64,000 nt of DNA. It comes from Cyclobacteriaceae bacterium. Its GTDB lineage: Bacteria; Bacteroidota; Bacteroidia; Cytophagales; Cyclobacteriaceae. A program made the translations under genes and the position numbers. Numbering within the stretch: the first letter of the stretch is position 1; each line of letters begins with the position of its first letter. Positions 10,780-20,585 of this stretch are shown one piece after another. The notes beneath the pieces were generated by a model. The model was not told where the DNA came from. It made no database searches and worked only from the letters and a program-made list of their open reading frames with translations. The stretch covers positions 68,802-132,801 of the forward strand of contig JBGALO010000005.1 of the NCBI GenBank assembly GCA_044223825.1, read 5' to 3'.

Positions 10780-11973
10780 ATGGTAGCAACGGCACAATCA
10801 CAGTTTTCACACCTTTCCCATCTTCAGTGCTCAGTATGCAATAAAAGTTATCCCGCCGATGAGATGGCATCCGTAGCAAGTTGCGATAAATGCGATCAGA
10901 ATCACCTATGGAGTATATACGACCACCTTTCAGGACTTACGCCCGCCGATATCGATAAGAAGGAGCGTTCAATGTGGCGTTACTTTCCACTGCTTCCTGT
11001 TTTCGACAGAAAAAATATTGTAACGCTTGGAGAAGGATTTACGCCTTTGCTCCAACTGAACAAGCTCGCAACAGCGCTTGATCTTGATCGTCTCACCATG
11101 AAAGATGAATCATTCAACCCAACCGGATCTTTTAAAGCACGGGGGATGAGTGCAGCCGTATCAAAGGCCCTGGAATTGGGAATTCAGAAGTGTATTGTCC
11201 CTACGGCAGGAAATGCGGGAGGCGCCTTAAGCGCATATTGTGCGAAGGCGGGTTTGGAGGCAATTGTGGTGATGCCTGACCATACGCCGGAGATCTTCAA
11301 AAATGAATGTCGGATGTATGGCGCGCAGGTAATTCTGGAAAAGGGGTTGATCAGCGCTTGCGCTCGAAAAGTGCGGGAAATCAATAAAGACAACGAGTAC
11401 TTTGACATTTCCACGCTTAAAGAACCCTATAGACTTGAAGGAAAAAAAACGATGGGATATGAAATCGCAGAGCAATTAGATTGGAAGTTGCCGGATGTAA
11501 TCATTTATCCGACTGGCGGTGGCACAGGATTGATCGGGATGTGGAAAGCATTTCATGAAATGATCGACATGGGATGGATCGCTCCAACGCTGCCCAAGAT
11601 GATCGCCGTCCAGTCTGCGAATTGCCAGCCGCTTGTTCAAACCTGGACAGGTCAGCAAAACAATTCCAAAAACTATATAGGTCAGGCAACGGTCGCAAAT
11701 GGCTTAGCCGTGCCTAATCCATTTGCTGAACAAATGATTCTGGACATTCTCCGTACCTCGGGTGGTAAGCCAGTTACCGTAGCCGAAACGGAGATTGCAG
11801 CGTGCATGCATTCAATTGCGCGCGAGGAAGGTATTCTTGTCGCACCGGAAGGCGCTGCACTTTTATCAGCGCTAAAGGGACTTCTTACGGAGAACTACAT
11901 TTCCCGCGATGAGCATATCCTTCTGCTAAACACCGGTTCCGGCTACAAATACCTCGAAAATTTTTTCGACTGA
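10780..11973 (+). CDS. threonine synthase-like PLP-dependent enzyme (fold type II)
   Basis: TLGEGFTPL, NPTGSFKARG (PLP lysine), TAGNAG, PYRLEGKKT, YPTGGGTG and PEGAA motifs; N-terminal CxxC...CxxC. Confidence 0.88.
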   Translation: MVATAQSQFSHLSHLQCSVCNKSYPADEMASVASCDKCDQNHLWSIYDHLSGLTPADIDKKERSMWRYFPLLPVFDRKNIVTLGEGFTPLLQLNKLATALDLDRLTMKDESFNPTGSFKARGMSAAVSKALELGIQKCIVPTAGNAGGALSAYCAKAGLEAIVVMPDHTPEIFKNECRMYGAQVILEKGLISACARKVREINKDNEYFDISTLKEPYRLEGKKTMGYEIAEQLDWKLPDVIIYPTGGGTGLIGMWKAFHEMIDMGWIAPTLPKMIAVQSANCQPLVQTWTGQQNNSKNYIGQATVANGLAVPNPFAEQMILDILRTSGGKPVTVAETEIAACMHSIAREEGILVAPEGAALLSALKGLLTENYISRDEHILLLNTGSGYKYLENFFD

Positions 11974-11978
11974 CAACT

Positions 11979-12383
11979 TCAGGAGTGAAGCACTCCGTCA
12001 CGGTCCAGCATTTTAATAAACGTCAGGTTCTCGTCGCAAATCGTGTCCGGCACGAAGACGAACTTCTTATCGTAAATCTGGGTGCCGATATAGTAGCTTA
12101 CCCAGTATTCATTATTGAGGTGGAACACCGCTGAATCAATGGGCTCAATAAGCATTGCACTGTTCGGAGGAACTGTTTGCAGGAAATGACGTAATGTGGA
12201 AGTCTTTTGATTCTCACCGTTGCGCTCGCCATAACCCGTACTTGCCACAAGCGTGTTTTCGAGTGAAACTTCGTTGTGGTTGATTATATAAACCTTCCAT
12301 TCGTCCTGCATAAGGTTATTTTTTTCTTTGGTGACAGCGAGCGTCACATTCTTAACCTCTGGCAACTTGATATCCTTGATCAT
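11979..12383 (-). CDS. conserved Bacteroidota hypothetical protein
   Basis: 134-aa ORF (KTSTLRHF..., LNNEYWVSYY..., YDKKFVFVP) that fills the gap in line with lipB. Confidence 0.65.
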   Translation of the reverse strand: MIKDIKLPEVKNVTLAVTKEKNNLMQDEWKVYIINHNEVSLENTLVASTGYGERNGENQKTSTLRHFLQTVPPNSAMLIEPIDSAVFHLNNEYWVSYYIGTQIYDKKFVFVPDTICDENLTFIKMLDRDGVLHS

Positions 12384-12443
12384 GTGATTTCGAAAAATAT
12401 ACCTTCTAAACCTGTGCGCAGTAAAAAAGATTCACGTGCTGCT

Positions 12444-13154
12444 TTACGAGACGGAACTGTGGAGTAAGTCGAGCAAGTGTTTCTGAAGTCTGCTCTTTAC
12501 TTCATCCATATCCTGCTTTTTTCCAAGCTCTTTTTCCAATGAGGTAACCGCCTTGTCGGAGATCCCGCAGGGCACTATGTAATCAAAGTAATGAAGGTCA
12601 GTGTTGACGTTAAACGCCAGCCCATGAAGTGTTACCCAGCGGCTTGATTTAACACCTAATGCGCATATTTTTCTTGCCATTTCATTTGCGCCGAGCCATA
12701 CACCGGTGAGACCCGGAATGCGCCCCGCCTCAAGGTGGTAATCTTTCAAGGTGAGGATGACAGACTCTTCCAGCAGCCTCATATAGCGATGAATGTCGGT
12801 AAAGAAATTTTCGAGGTCGAGGATTGGGTACACGACAATCTGACCTTCGCCATGGTATGTGATGTCGCCGCCGCGATTTATGTGAAAATAGGTTGCGCCA
12901 ACTTCTTCCAACTCGCGTTTTTCCAATAGAAGGTTTTTTTCTTCGCCGCTTTTACCAAGGGTGAATACGTGAGGATGTTCGCAAAAAATCAGATAATTTT
13001 TCGTTGGAAGCTGGTCGTCTTCGTGACGCTCGCGGTTTTCTTTTTTTACTGTGAGGATCTCGTCAAAAAGTCTCGTTTGAAATTCAAGACCTGCTGCGTA
13101 ATCGATGCGGCCAAGGTCAATAATTTCAATTTCGTGATTGACAGTGGTGTTCAC
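12444..13154 (-). CDS. lipB: lipoyl(octanoyl) transferase
   Basis: EHPHVFTLG, NRGGDITYHGEGQ, KICALG, HGLAFNV and IVPCG motifs. Confidence 0.96.
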   Translation of the reverse strand: MNTTVNHEIEIIDLGRIDYAAGLEFQTRLFDEILTVKKENRERHEDDQLPTKNYLIFCEHPHVFTLGKSGEEKNLLLEKRELEEVGATYFHINRGGDITYHGEGQIVVYPILDLENFFTDIHRYMRLLEESVILTLKDYHLEAGRIPGLTGVWLGANEMARKICALGVKSSRWVTLHGLAFNVNTDLHYFDYIVPCGISDKAVTSLEKELGKKQDMDEVKSRLQKHLLDLLHSSVS

Positions 13155-14173
13155 CTGGATTTTGCGAGCTCGCCTTTCAAAAATGCAACTGTCTCTCCAG
13201 AATCCGGATCTACATCATTCTCTTTGGCAAGGAAAAATGAGATCCAGTCAGTCAGGTGGATGAGGTAATAATATTGTTCAAGAAGGGAGGCGCCTTCTGC
13301 TACGATATCGATGATCGGATTGGAACGCTTTTCGAAAAGCTCCCGACAAATTTCCAGACGTTTTTCCACGCGCTCATGATCGTGATCGGAATACAAGTAG
13401 ATCACCTGAACTTGCTGGAGGATTGGTTCCGGGAAACGCCACCCTGTAAGCTCATTGTGATTCATTTCCGGAAAGGTATTGACATGCGCGATTTGCTTGG
13501 CATTCTCGTTCAGCTGTTGCTGAAAGCGTATAGCCATTGCTTCAAGCCGACCATCACAGTATATAAATGGGAACTTTCCCTTCAGTTTTTTTGCAATCAG
13601 TTCGGCTTCTGATTGGATGGCCTTTTCTCCACGATCAAGGTACTCAACTGCGTTTTCGGTCTCCTTGATAAAGGCCGCGCCAATAAGGTTAGTATGATAC
13701 AAGGCGTAGAGCAACGATACGATCATGTAACCAAGCATCGCTCGTGGGCTTTCGCCCTGGGGTAGCTGTATGTAGTAAAAGTTGTATTCTTTCGCGAGTT
13801 CTAAAAGCCGACCTCCCGAGGTGATACAGATTATGTGCGCACGTTTTAACATTGCCTTCTGCACTGCGGCGAGTGTTTCCTCAGAAGATCCGCTATATGA
13901 GCATGCGATGAACAATGTATGCGGACTGACGAATTGGGGGATGTTATAGCCTTTGCACACGGTAACGGGTATGGGAATCCTTCCAAATGTGAGTGACTCG
14001 ACAAGATTTGCCCCAATACCACTGCCACCCATCCCCGTGATCAGCACATTACGGATGTCAGTTCCTTGTCGCACCAGGTCCACCGCCTGTCCGATCTTCA
14101 ACGCATCGCTTAATTGTCTGGTAAATCCTTCGATTAATTTTTTCATCTCGTGGCTCAGGAGCGGAAATTGCAT
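13151..14173 (-). CDS. bifunctional phosphoglucose/phosphomannose isomerase (SIS domain)
   Basis: GMGGSGIG, SYSG..EET, SGGRL, QQLNENAK and PEMNHNE motifs. The true start may be the second Met (MKKLIEGF). Confidence 0.9.
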   Translation of the reverse strand: MQFPLLSHEMKKLIEGFTRQLSDALKIGQAVDLVRQGTDIRNVLITGMGGSGIGANLVESLTFGRIPIPVTVCKGYNIPQFVSPHTLFIACSYSGSSEETLAAVQKAMLKRAHIICITSGGRLLELAKEYNFYYIQLPQGESPRAMLGYMIVSLLYALYHTNLIGAAFIKETENAVEYLDRGEKAIQSEAELIAKKLKGKFPFIYCDGRLEAMAIRFQQQLNENAKQIAHVNTFPEMNHNELTGWRFPEPILQQVQVIYLYSDHDHERVEKRLEICRELFEKRSNPIIDIVAEGASLLEQYYYLIHLTDWISFFLAKENDVDPDSGETVAFLKGELAKSR

Positions 14174-14181
14174 CCAAAGTT

Positions 14182-14541
14182 ATGCCCATGACAGATAAAA
14201 TAAAAACCGGAAGCGATGGCGAAGATCAGGCAGCAGCATTCCTTGAACAAAAAGGATTCGTTATCCTGGAGCGGAATTTTCGTTTCAAAAAATCTGAAAT
14301 AGATTTAATTGTAAAGCGCGGTAACTGGCTTGTGTTTATTGAAGTGAAGACAAGGACCTCCACTGCCTTCGGTTATCCCGAAGAGTTTGTTGATTATGCC
14401 AAGAGAAAAATGATCTTCGCCGGGGCGTTGGAATATATGACGAGGAAGAACTGGCAAGGCAATGTGCGATATGACATTGTTGCCATAACAATAGTACATG
14501 GCAAATCCGAAATCCATCACATGGAGGATGCGTTTTATTAG
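14182..14541 (+). CDS. YraN family (UPF0102) putative endonuclease
   Basis: G..GED.A..FL, EIDLIV, VFIEVKTR and RYDIVAI (PD-(D/E)xK-like) motifs. Confidence 0.92.
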   Translation: MPMTDKIKTGSDGEDQAAAFLEQKGFVILERNFRFKKSEIDLIVKRGNWLVFIEVKTRTSTAFGYPEEFVDYAKRKMIFAGALEYMTRKNWQGNVRYDIVAITIVHGKSEIHHMEDAFY

Positions 14542-14593
14542 CCCGGCAGACATTAGCCCGGCACACTTGCCCGGCACTTAAGTGCCGGGCAAG
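14537..14593. repeat. direct repeats plus a perfect 28-bp palindrome
   Basis: ATTAGCCCGGCA at 14537 and 14552, then the perfect palindrome CTTGCCCGGCACTTAAGTGCCGGGCAAG at 14566-14593. Confidence 0.9.
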
Positions 14594-15424
14594 CTAGATG
14601 CCTTTGTTTGAGGAAAAGATTTCGCGGCCTTTGTCATCCCACTCTTTGCGAACGAATGGTTTGATCTCTTTTTCAAAAGGTTCTCTAGGATACGACACGA
14701 TTTTTTTTCGCTTGCCGTTGGGATAATTCTCAATCCAATCGCCGACCCTTTCTCCCCATTTATACTCGCCTGTGACCGCTATGGTTCCATTTTCATGGAA
14801 CAGATAATAAAATCCTTCTCGTTCGTCAATCTCAACGGGGATCATCTCTTTGACCTTCTTATGCTCGATCGCATCATAATAAGTTACAATGGATTCTTTG
14901 GGCCAGCCTTTGTAAAACTTGTCTTTATCGTCGAGGAGATTTTGTTTGTCATATTTCATCCACCGTCCATGCTTAGCACCCTTGTAGAAGATGCCCTCTT
15001 CCAACAGTATCCCTGCCTGCATTCTTTTGTAAGGCCCGTGAAGCAATACTCCTTTACTTGGATCAAAGGTCGCTGTCTTACGTACTTCGCGACGGGTAAA
15101 ATCATACCAATATATATCGCGAACGAAAGCGGTTGGCTTATCGGGTTTCTTTAGCACATAGAAAAGCTCAATCGTCATCTTATCAGCCACGCCTTTGCGT
15201 GTATAGCTTTTCCGTGTCCGGATACCGTAGAATGTATTGCGCTTCGGCTTCTTCTTTTTGGCCACGATTGGCTCGGATGTTTGTTCATCCAATTCCAATA
15301 GCTTATAGGGTTTGTCTGTTTCAAACGTGAATTGCCCCTCGGTGCCAAAAACCTCCTTTTCCTTCTGCTGAGAAAACAGGGAAAACCAGGAGAAAAACAG
15401 CGTTATCGTGGCAATGAGGCGCAT
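14594..15424 (-). CDS. exported MORN-variant repeat protein (YwqK-like annotation class)
   Basis: Signal peptide; LHGPYKR, KHGRW, GFYYLFHENG and GDWIENYPNG are MORN-variant-like repeats. Confidence 0.7.
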   Translation of the reverse strand: MRLIATITLFFSWFSLFSQQKEKEVFGTEGQFTFETDKPYKLLELDEQTSEPIVAKKKKPKRNTFYGIRTRKSYTRKGVADKMTIELFYVLKKPDKPTAFVRDIYWYDFTRREVRKTATFDPSKGVLLHGPYKRMQAGILLEEGIFYKGAKHGRWMKYDKQNLLDDKDKFYKGWPKESIVTYYDAIEHKKVKEMIPVEIDEREGFYYLFHENGTIAVTGEYKWGERVGDWIENYPNGKRKKIVSYPREPFEKEIKPFVRKEWDDKGREIFSSNKGI

Positions 15425-15588
15425 TTGCAGTCTAACGAATTTATCAAAAGTTTATTTCATGAAGAATACCACGACACGAATGCCGCGACGCCCTTCCTGC
15501 ACTCAGTGTTTACGGCGGGCACTACGAATTGACGTTGAGTGTCCGCCGCGCAACTTTTATGAGCGTAGCGTCCTGAATCCTTAACTTA

Positions 15589-17499
15589 CTAGGAAACCAG
15601 GTCGACGCTTCTCCTGATGAAATTTGTAAGATCTGCTCCAGTCAACATTCCCTGCGACAACAGCGCGAGGTCATAGGATTGTTTGGCAAGTTGTAGTTGG
15701 TGCTCCTCGTTTTCAGCGGCCAATATTTTCTGAGCAACCTTGTGATTGCTATTTACAGATACAGAATACTGGTCAGGCATCGCCCCCATGAAACTGTACA
15801 TCCCGCCACCCGTCTTTGCCATATCCTTCATTCTCCGCGACCATTCACTCATCGTGACAGTCACCGGTAAGTTATCAGGGGCCAGCGAGTCAATTGCAAC
15901 GGTCATCGAAGGGTTGTTGATAGCTTTCTCAAAAACTCCCTTCAGCTTGTCCTGATCCTCTTTGCTTAATACACTTTCTACCTTTTCGTCTTTGACGATG
16001 AGTTTGTCGATGGTATCACTGTCCACCCGGCGGAATTGTGTTTTCTCGAGCTTCTGTTCAAGTGTGTTGATGAAGTGACTATCCAGAACGCCGTCCAGAA
16101 CGAGCACATCATATGCTTTACGGTTGGCAACTTCGATGAAGCTATGCTGTTTTGCGACGTCGCTTGAGTAGAGATAAATGATGTTTTTGTCTTTATCAGT
16201 TTGAAGATCTTTGACGTAAGTCCCGTACTCGGGCAGCGTGTAATATTTTTTCATCGTGTTCTTCAACAGCGCGAAATCCTTTGCGCGGTCATAGAACTTC
16301 TCGTCGCTGATCATTCCATATTTTACGAAGATGTTGATATCGTCCCACTTCTTTTCAAAATCGGTTCGATCCTTTTTGAACATCTCCTGAAGTTTGTCGC
16401 CAACTTTTTTCGTAATGTGCTGGCTGATCTTTTTCACATTGGAGTCGCTCTGGAGGTAACTCCTCGAAACGTTGAGAGGGATGTCGGGTGAATCCAACAC
16501 GCCGTGCAGCAGCATTAAGAAGTCAGGCACCACGTCCTTCACTTCGTCAGTAATAAATACCTGACGGCTGTACAGCTGGATCTTGTTCTTATTTACTTCG
16601 AATTCATTTTTCAGCTTCGGGAAATAAAGAATTCCGGTAAGGTTGAATGGGTAATCAACGTTGAGATGAATCCAGAATAGCGGATCTTCCGCAAACGGAT
16701 AAAGCTCTTTGTAGAATTTGAGGTAATCTTCATCCTTCAAGTCGTTGGGTGATTTCGTCCACAACGGTTCGGGATTGTTGATGATCCGGTCTTTGGTAAC
16801 CGTCGTATATTTTGGCTTGCCATCTTTATCAACGCCATCCTCGACGCTCTCTTCTTTCGTACCAAATTTGATCTCGACCGGCAGAAACTTGCAATACTTT
16901 TCAAGAATTCCCTTTAGCCTGAACTCATCCAAAAACTCCTCCGAATCTTTGTTGACATGAAGGATTACATCCGTGCCCCTGCTCGCTTTCGGCATGGTCG
17001 ACAACTCAAATTCTGTTGAGCCATCGCATTCCCACCGGGCGCCTTGTTCTTCACCGACTTTATAGGATCGGGAATGGATCACCACTCGGTCCGATACCAT
17101 GAACGCGGAGTAGAATCCCAAGCCGAACTTTCCGATAATATCTTTTGCGTCTGTTTTGTCTTTGAATTTTTCTACGAATTCCGTGGCGCCCGAAAATGCA
17201 ATCTGGTTGATATACTTTTTGATCTCGTCACCTGTCATGCCAAGACCGTGGTCACTGACAGTAATCGTCTTTTTATCTTTATTGAATGTTACTTCAATCT
17301 TAAGATCGCCGAGGTCGCCGTTGAATTCCCCCATTGACGAAAGTTTCTTGAGCTTTTGTGTTGCATCAACGGCATTGCTCACAAGCTCACGAAGAAATAT
17401 TTCGTGGTCGGAATACAAAAACTTTTTAATGATCGGGAAGATATTCTCGGTGTTGATCGATATCGTTCCTTTTTCCGCGGTTTCTGCCATTTCTGCCAT
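15589..17499 (-). CDS. htpG: molecular chaperone Hsp90
   Basis: EIFLRELVSNAVDA, DHGLGMT, IGKFGLGFYSAFMV and IPLNVSRSYLQ motifs. The start codon region is duplicated (ATGGCAGAA x2), so the start is 17499 or 17490. Confidence 0.97.
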   Translation of the reverse strand: MAEMAETAEKGTISINTENIFPIIKKFLYSDHEIFLRELVSNAVDATQKLKKLSSMGEFNGDLGDLKIEVTFNKDKKTITVSDHGLGMTGDEIKKYINQIAFSGATEFVEKFKDKTDAKDIIGKFGLGFYSAFMVSDRVVIHSRSYKVGEEQGARWECDGSTEFELSTMPKASRGTDVILHVNKDSEEFLDEFRLKGILEKYCKFLPVEIKFGTKEESVEDGVDKDGKPKYTTVTKDRIINNPEPLWTKSPNDLKDEDYLKFYKELYPFAEDPLFWIHLNVDYPFNLTGILYFPKLKNEFEVNKNKIQLYSRQVFITDEVKDVVPDFLMLLHGVLDSPDIPLNVSRSYLQSDSNVKKISQHITKKVGDKLQEMFKKDRTDFEKKWDDINIFVKYGMISDEKFYDRAKDFALLKNTMKKYYTLPEYGTYVKDLQTDKDKNIIYLYSSDVAKQHSFIEVANRKAYDVLVLDGVLDSHFINTLEQKLEKTQFRRVDSDTIDKLIVKDEKVESVLSKEDQDKLKGVFEKAINNPSMTVAIDSLAPDNLPVTVTMSEWSRRMKDMAKTGGGMYSFMGAMPDQYSVSVNSNHKVAQKILAAENEEHQLQLAKQSYDLALLSQGMLTGADLTNFIRRSVDLVS

Positions 17500-17518
17500 A
17501 TGGGTATTGATTTAAAGT

Positions 17519-17543
17519 AAAAAATCCTCGGCGGCGAGGATTT
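17519..17543 (-). terminator. Rho-independent terminator after the RNase E/G gene
   Basis: Stem AAATCCTCG/CGAGGATTT with a 4-nt loop; a T-run follows on the minus strand, 30 bp past the rne stop. Confidence 0.7.
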
Positions 17544-17572
17544 CAAACTGTGTTCCAGAAAATTGAAAAATG

Positions 17573-19168
17573 TCAGCTTGTCATGGTTTCCAGCTGTGGA
17601 GCGACATTATTCGCTTTTGTCAGCACGATTTCTTCGCCATCCTTATTGAGAAAGTGGAATTCCACGATTCCCAGGGATGAGTCCTTTACGATGGTAATCC
17701 AGCGTTTGTATTTGAAATACATCTTCAGCTGCTTAGAAATCAATCCCTTCGTATAGTAGGCATACAGAAATGGATGGACAGCCAGCACTAGATTTGTCTC
17801 GTTTTGCTTTTCATACAGATGCTGAATATGCTCTTCGATCTGGTCGGTAATCAGAATACTTGCTGTGATACTGCCGGTACCATTACAGGTCGGGCAAACT
17901 TCTTTGGTAGCAATATTCATCTGCGGACGAACGCGCTCCCGGGTGATCTGCATCAGACCGAATTTTGAGAGTGGAAGTACCGTGTGCTTTGCACGATCCT
18001 GATCCATCTCATCGATCATGGTCTTGTAAATGAGCTTCTTGTTCTCCTGGTTTCGCATGTCGATAAAATCGACAACGATGATTCCGCCCATATCACGCAG
18101 ACGCAGTTGTCTTGCAACCTCACGAGCAGCCTCGAGGTTCACACTCAACGCCGTAGTCTCCTGGTTTTCTTCACGGTTCGATTTGTTTCCACTGTTTACA
18201 TCGATGACGTGAAGAGCCTCTGTGTGTTCGATGATGAGGTAGCCACCAGCCTTCAGGCTTACGGTTTGTCCGAAAGCTGACTTGATCAGCTTTTCTATTC
18301 CGTAATGCTCGAATATTTTGGCTTTGCCACTATACAGCTTAACGATCTTTTCCTTTTCAGGCGCGATGTTGTGGATGTACGTCTTGACCTCCTCAAAGAT
18401 CTTTTTATCATCGACGTGTATGTTATCGAATGATTCGTTGAGCAGATCGCGCAGAATAGAAGAAGTCTTGCTGAGCTCGCCAATGATTTTGTCTCTGGCA
18501 TTACCTGTTGCAAGACGGGCAATACCGTCCTCCCAGGTTTTGACGAGTGTTCTGAGATCTTTATCGAGCTCTGCTACTTCCTTGCCTTCAGCCACTGTTC
18601 GGACAATGACACCAAACCCCTCGGGCTTGATCGATTGGATAAGGCGTTGAAGACGCTTTCGTTCTTCACTACTGCTAATCCGTTTCGACACATTCACCGA
18701 ATGTGAAAACGGCACCATTACCAGGTAGCGGCCGGCAATGGACAACTCGGAAGATAATCGCGGACCTTTTGTGGAGATCGGCTCTTTTACGACCTGAACT
18801 GGAATCAGTTGGTTTTTCGAGAGCTGTTGGCCGATTTTTCCATGCTTGTCAATATCTCTTTCAGGCTGGAATTTGTCGAGTCGGCCGCCGGTGATCTTTT
18901 TCGCACGAACGAGCTTTGTGAACTTCTGAAGTGACGAGAACTGAGGGCCGAGATCAAGGTAGTGGAGGAACGCGTCCTTCTCATACCCGATATCGATGAA
19001 GGCGGCATTCAAGCCCTGGACAACCTTTTTTACGTTGCCCAGGTAAATGTCACCAACTGAAAATTTTCCTCCCCCTGTGTCTTCGTGAAATTCGACAAGC
19101 TGCTTGTCGCGCAACAAGGCGATGCGGCATCCTTCCGGAGTAGCGCTGATGATTAGTTCGTTACTCAC
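17573..19168 (-). CDS. Rne/Rng family ribonuclease (RNase E/G)
   Basis: S1 domain GDIYLGNVKKVVQGLNAAFIDIG, QVVKEPISTKGPRL, IDVNSG, RQLRLRDMGGIIVVDFIDM; GTG start. Confidence 0.95.
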   Translation of the reverse strand: MSNELIISATPEGCRIALLRDKQLVEFHEDTGGGKFSVGDIYLGNVKKVVQGLNAAFIDIGYEKDAFLHYLDLGPQFSSLQKFTKLVRAKKITGGRLDKFQPERDIDKHGKIGQQLSKNQLIPVQVVKEPISTKGPRLSSELSIAGRYLVMVPFSHSVNVSKRISSSEERKRLQRLIQSIKPEGFGVIVRTVAEGKEVAELDKDLRTLVKTWEDGIARLATGNARDKIIGELSKTSSILRDLLNESFDNIHVDDKKIFEEVKTYIHNIAPEKEKIVKLYSGKAKIFEHYGIEKLIKSAFGQTVSLKAGGYLIIEHTEALHVIDVNSGNKSNREENQETTALSVNLEAAREVARQLRLRDMGGIIVVDFIDMRNQENKKLIYKTMIDEMDQDRAKHTVLPLSKFGLMQITRERVRPQMNIATKEVCPTCNGTGSITASILITDQIEEHIQHLYEKQNETNLVLAVHPFLYAYYTKGLISKQLKMYFKYKRWITIVKDSSLGIVEFHFLNKDGEEIVLTKANNVAPQLETMTS

Positions 19169-19190
19169 GGCTTATGATTGGATTATGCGC

Positions 19191-19280
19191 CTATTTCTTT
19201 TTGTGGCGATTTTTTCTGAGACGCTTTTTGCGCTTATGGGTCGCCATCTTGTGTTTCTTTCTTTTTTTACCGCTTGGCAT
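19191..19280 (-). CDS. 30S ribosomal protein bS22 (mS38/AURKAIP1-COX24 family), 29 aa
   Basis: Hand translation gives MPSGKKRKKHKMATHKRKKRLRKNRHKKK*. It is absent from the ORF track because of its length. Confidence 0.9.
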   Translation of the reverse strand: MPSGKKRKKHKMATHKRKKRLRKNRHKKK

Positions 19281-19330
19281 AGTGTGTTTTGTTAGCCCTA
19301 AAGCATTGCGCTTCAGAGTGAGTTAAAAAA

Positions 19331-20143
19331 TTATTTAAGTTCCTCCAGATACGAATCAACCGTTGCCTGAACGGAAGGATCCTTATCCATCTTTTTTACT
19401 TTTTCAAACTGTTGACGCGCCCGCGATTTATCACCTGTATTCATGTAGGCCACTCCAAGAAGCAAGTTGCCTTGCAGGTGCTTGTCATTGACACTCATTA
19501 GCTTTTCAAGCCATTCAACTGCTTTTGCGTATTGCGTGGATTGTATCGAGAGCATCCCCATATTGAACAACGCTAGCTCGTTTTGAGGATCTTTAGCGAG
19601 TACTTCCCTGAGCATCCCGACTCCCTTCATCGGCGCCGAGCTTAGATATGTCATCGCCGTCTTTGTCTTCACCTCCAGGTTATCCGGATGTTTGTCCAAA
19701 ATAGAGCCGAATATTTCCCGCGTTTTTTCCGCCAATGCCTTTTGCTTATTGGCATCCAGCGCGAAAGTGTACGCTTCGTAGTATGCGTTGCCGGCTTTCA
19801 GCAGGCTTTCATCAGTTTTAAAGAACGTCGCTGCTCTTTCAGCAAACCATGCAGCGCTGTCAAAAAGACCCGCCTCATTGTACATGACTGCCAAAGAGTC
19901 GGCAAAGATAGCATTTTTTTCTTCAGGTAAAGCAGATAAGTAACGGGCTCTCAACCTGTTAATGTCGGCACGAAGCGCTATCGGAGTTTGAGCATGAGGA
20001 CCTCCGGCGGATGCTACCGCATTTTCATCGGAGCCTTCGGCTTGCAACTGGCTGTCATTCTCAACTACTGCTTTGGGCAAAAAATATAATGCAACAATGA
20101 GGACAACACTTGCGGCAATTAGGATGATCCGTGTTTTAGACAT
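19331..20143 (-). CDS. membrane-anchored tetratricopeptide repeat protein
   Basis: N-terminal TM segment and TPR-like helices (ALFNMGMLSI...YAKAVEWLEKL; GNLLLGVAYMNTGDKSRARQQFEKV). Confidence 0.8.
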   Translation of the reverse strand: MSKTRIILIAASVVLIVALYFLPKAVVENDSQLQAEGSDENAVASAGGPHAQTPIALRADINRLRARYLSALPEEKNAIFADSLAVMYNEAGLFDSAAWFAERAATFFKTDESLLKAGNAYYEAYTFALDANKQKALAEKTREIFGSILDKHPDNLEVKTKTAMTYLSSAPMKGVGMLREVLAKDPQNELALFNMGMLSIQSTQYAKAVEWLEKLMSVNDKHLQGNLLLGVAYMNTGDKSRARQQFEKVKKMDKDPSVQATVDSYLEELK

Positions 20144-20183
20144 AGGAAAAAGTCAGCGTCAGACGACTGACTGCTGGCCGAAC

Positions 20184-20489
20184 TTATTTCTCAGCGAGCT
20201 GCTTAACCTTGTCACTGTTCTTGATCTTATTGATGAAGACTTTCGCAGGTTTGAAGCTTGGGATGAAATGCTCATCGATAACAATTGCCGTGTTACGCGA
20301 AATGTTTCGTGCAATCTTCTTTTTACGTTTCTTATTGATAAAGCTGCCGAAGCCGCGAACGTAGATATTGTGTCCGCCCGACATCGAATTCTTTACAATG
20401 GAAAAAAATGCTTCCACGGATGCCGTGACATCAGCTTTGTCGATGCCAGTTTTTTCCGCAATTTGATTAATAACGTCTGCTTTCGTCAC
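20184..20489 (-). CDS. HU/IHF family DNA-binding protein
   Basis: MTKADVINQIAEKTG, IYVRGFGSF, ARNISRN and PSFKP motifs. Confidence 0.93.
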   Translation of the reverse strand: MTKADVINQIAEKTGIDKADVTASVEAFFSIVKNSMSGGHNIYVRGFGSFINKKRKKKIARNISRNTAIVIDEHFIPSFKPAKVFINKIKNSDKVKQLAEK

Positions 20490-20524
20490 GGTGCTTGGGT
20501 GTTATTGATTGAGTTTAGGGAGGG

Positions 20525-20532
20525 CAAAATTA
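20525..20532 (-). promoter_or_regulatory. -7 box for the HU-TPR-bS22-rne operon
   Basis: Minus strand reads TAATTTTG, 35 bp upstream of the HU start. Confidence 0.65.
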
Positions 20533-20585
20533 ATTTGCGCAGCCAGAATTAAAAACAATATTGAAAAATTCTGATTATCAAGGAA

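Noticed and set aside
12969-13268. Plus-strand ORF spanning the lipB/PGI junction
   Set aside because: It is entirely antisense to two confident genes and has no protein-like signature.
14594-15424. YwqK-like protein as part of a toxin-antitoxin system
   Set aside because: It has a signal peptide and no adjacent toxin; the label reflects only MORN-variant repeats.
15550-15572. GCAAC...CGTC as an ECF promoter
   Set aside because: The spacer is only 14 bp and it points antisense into the htpG 3' end, with no gene to drive.
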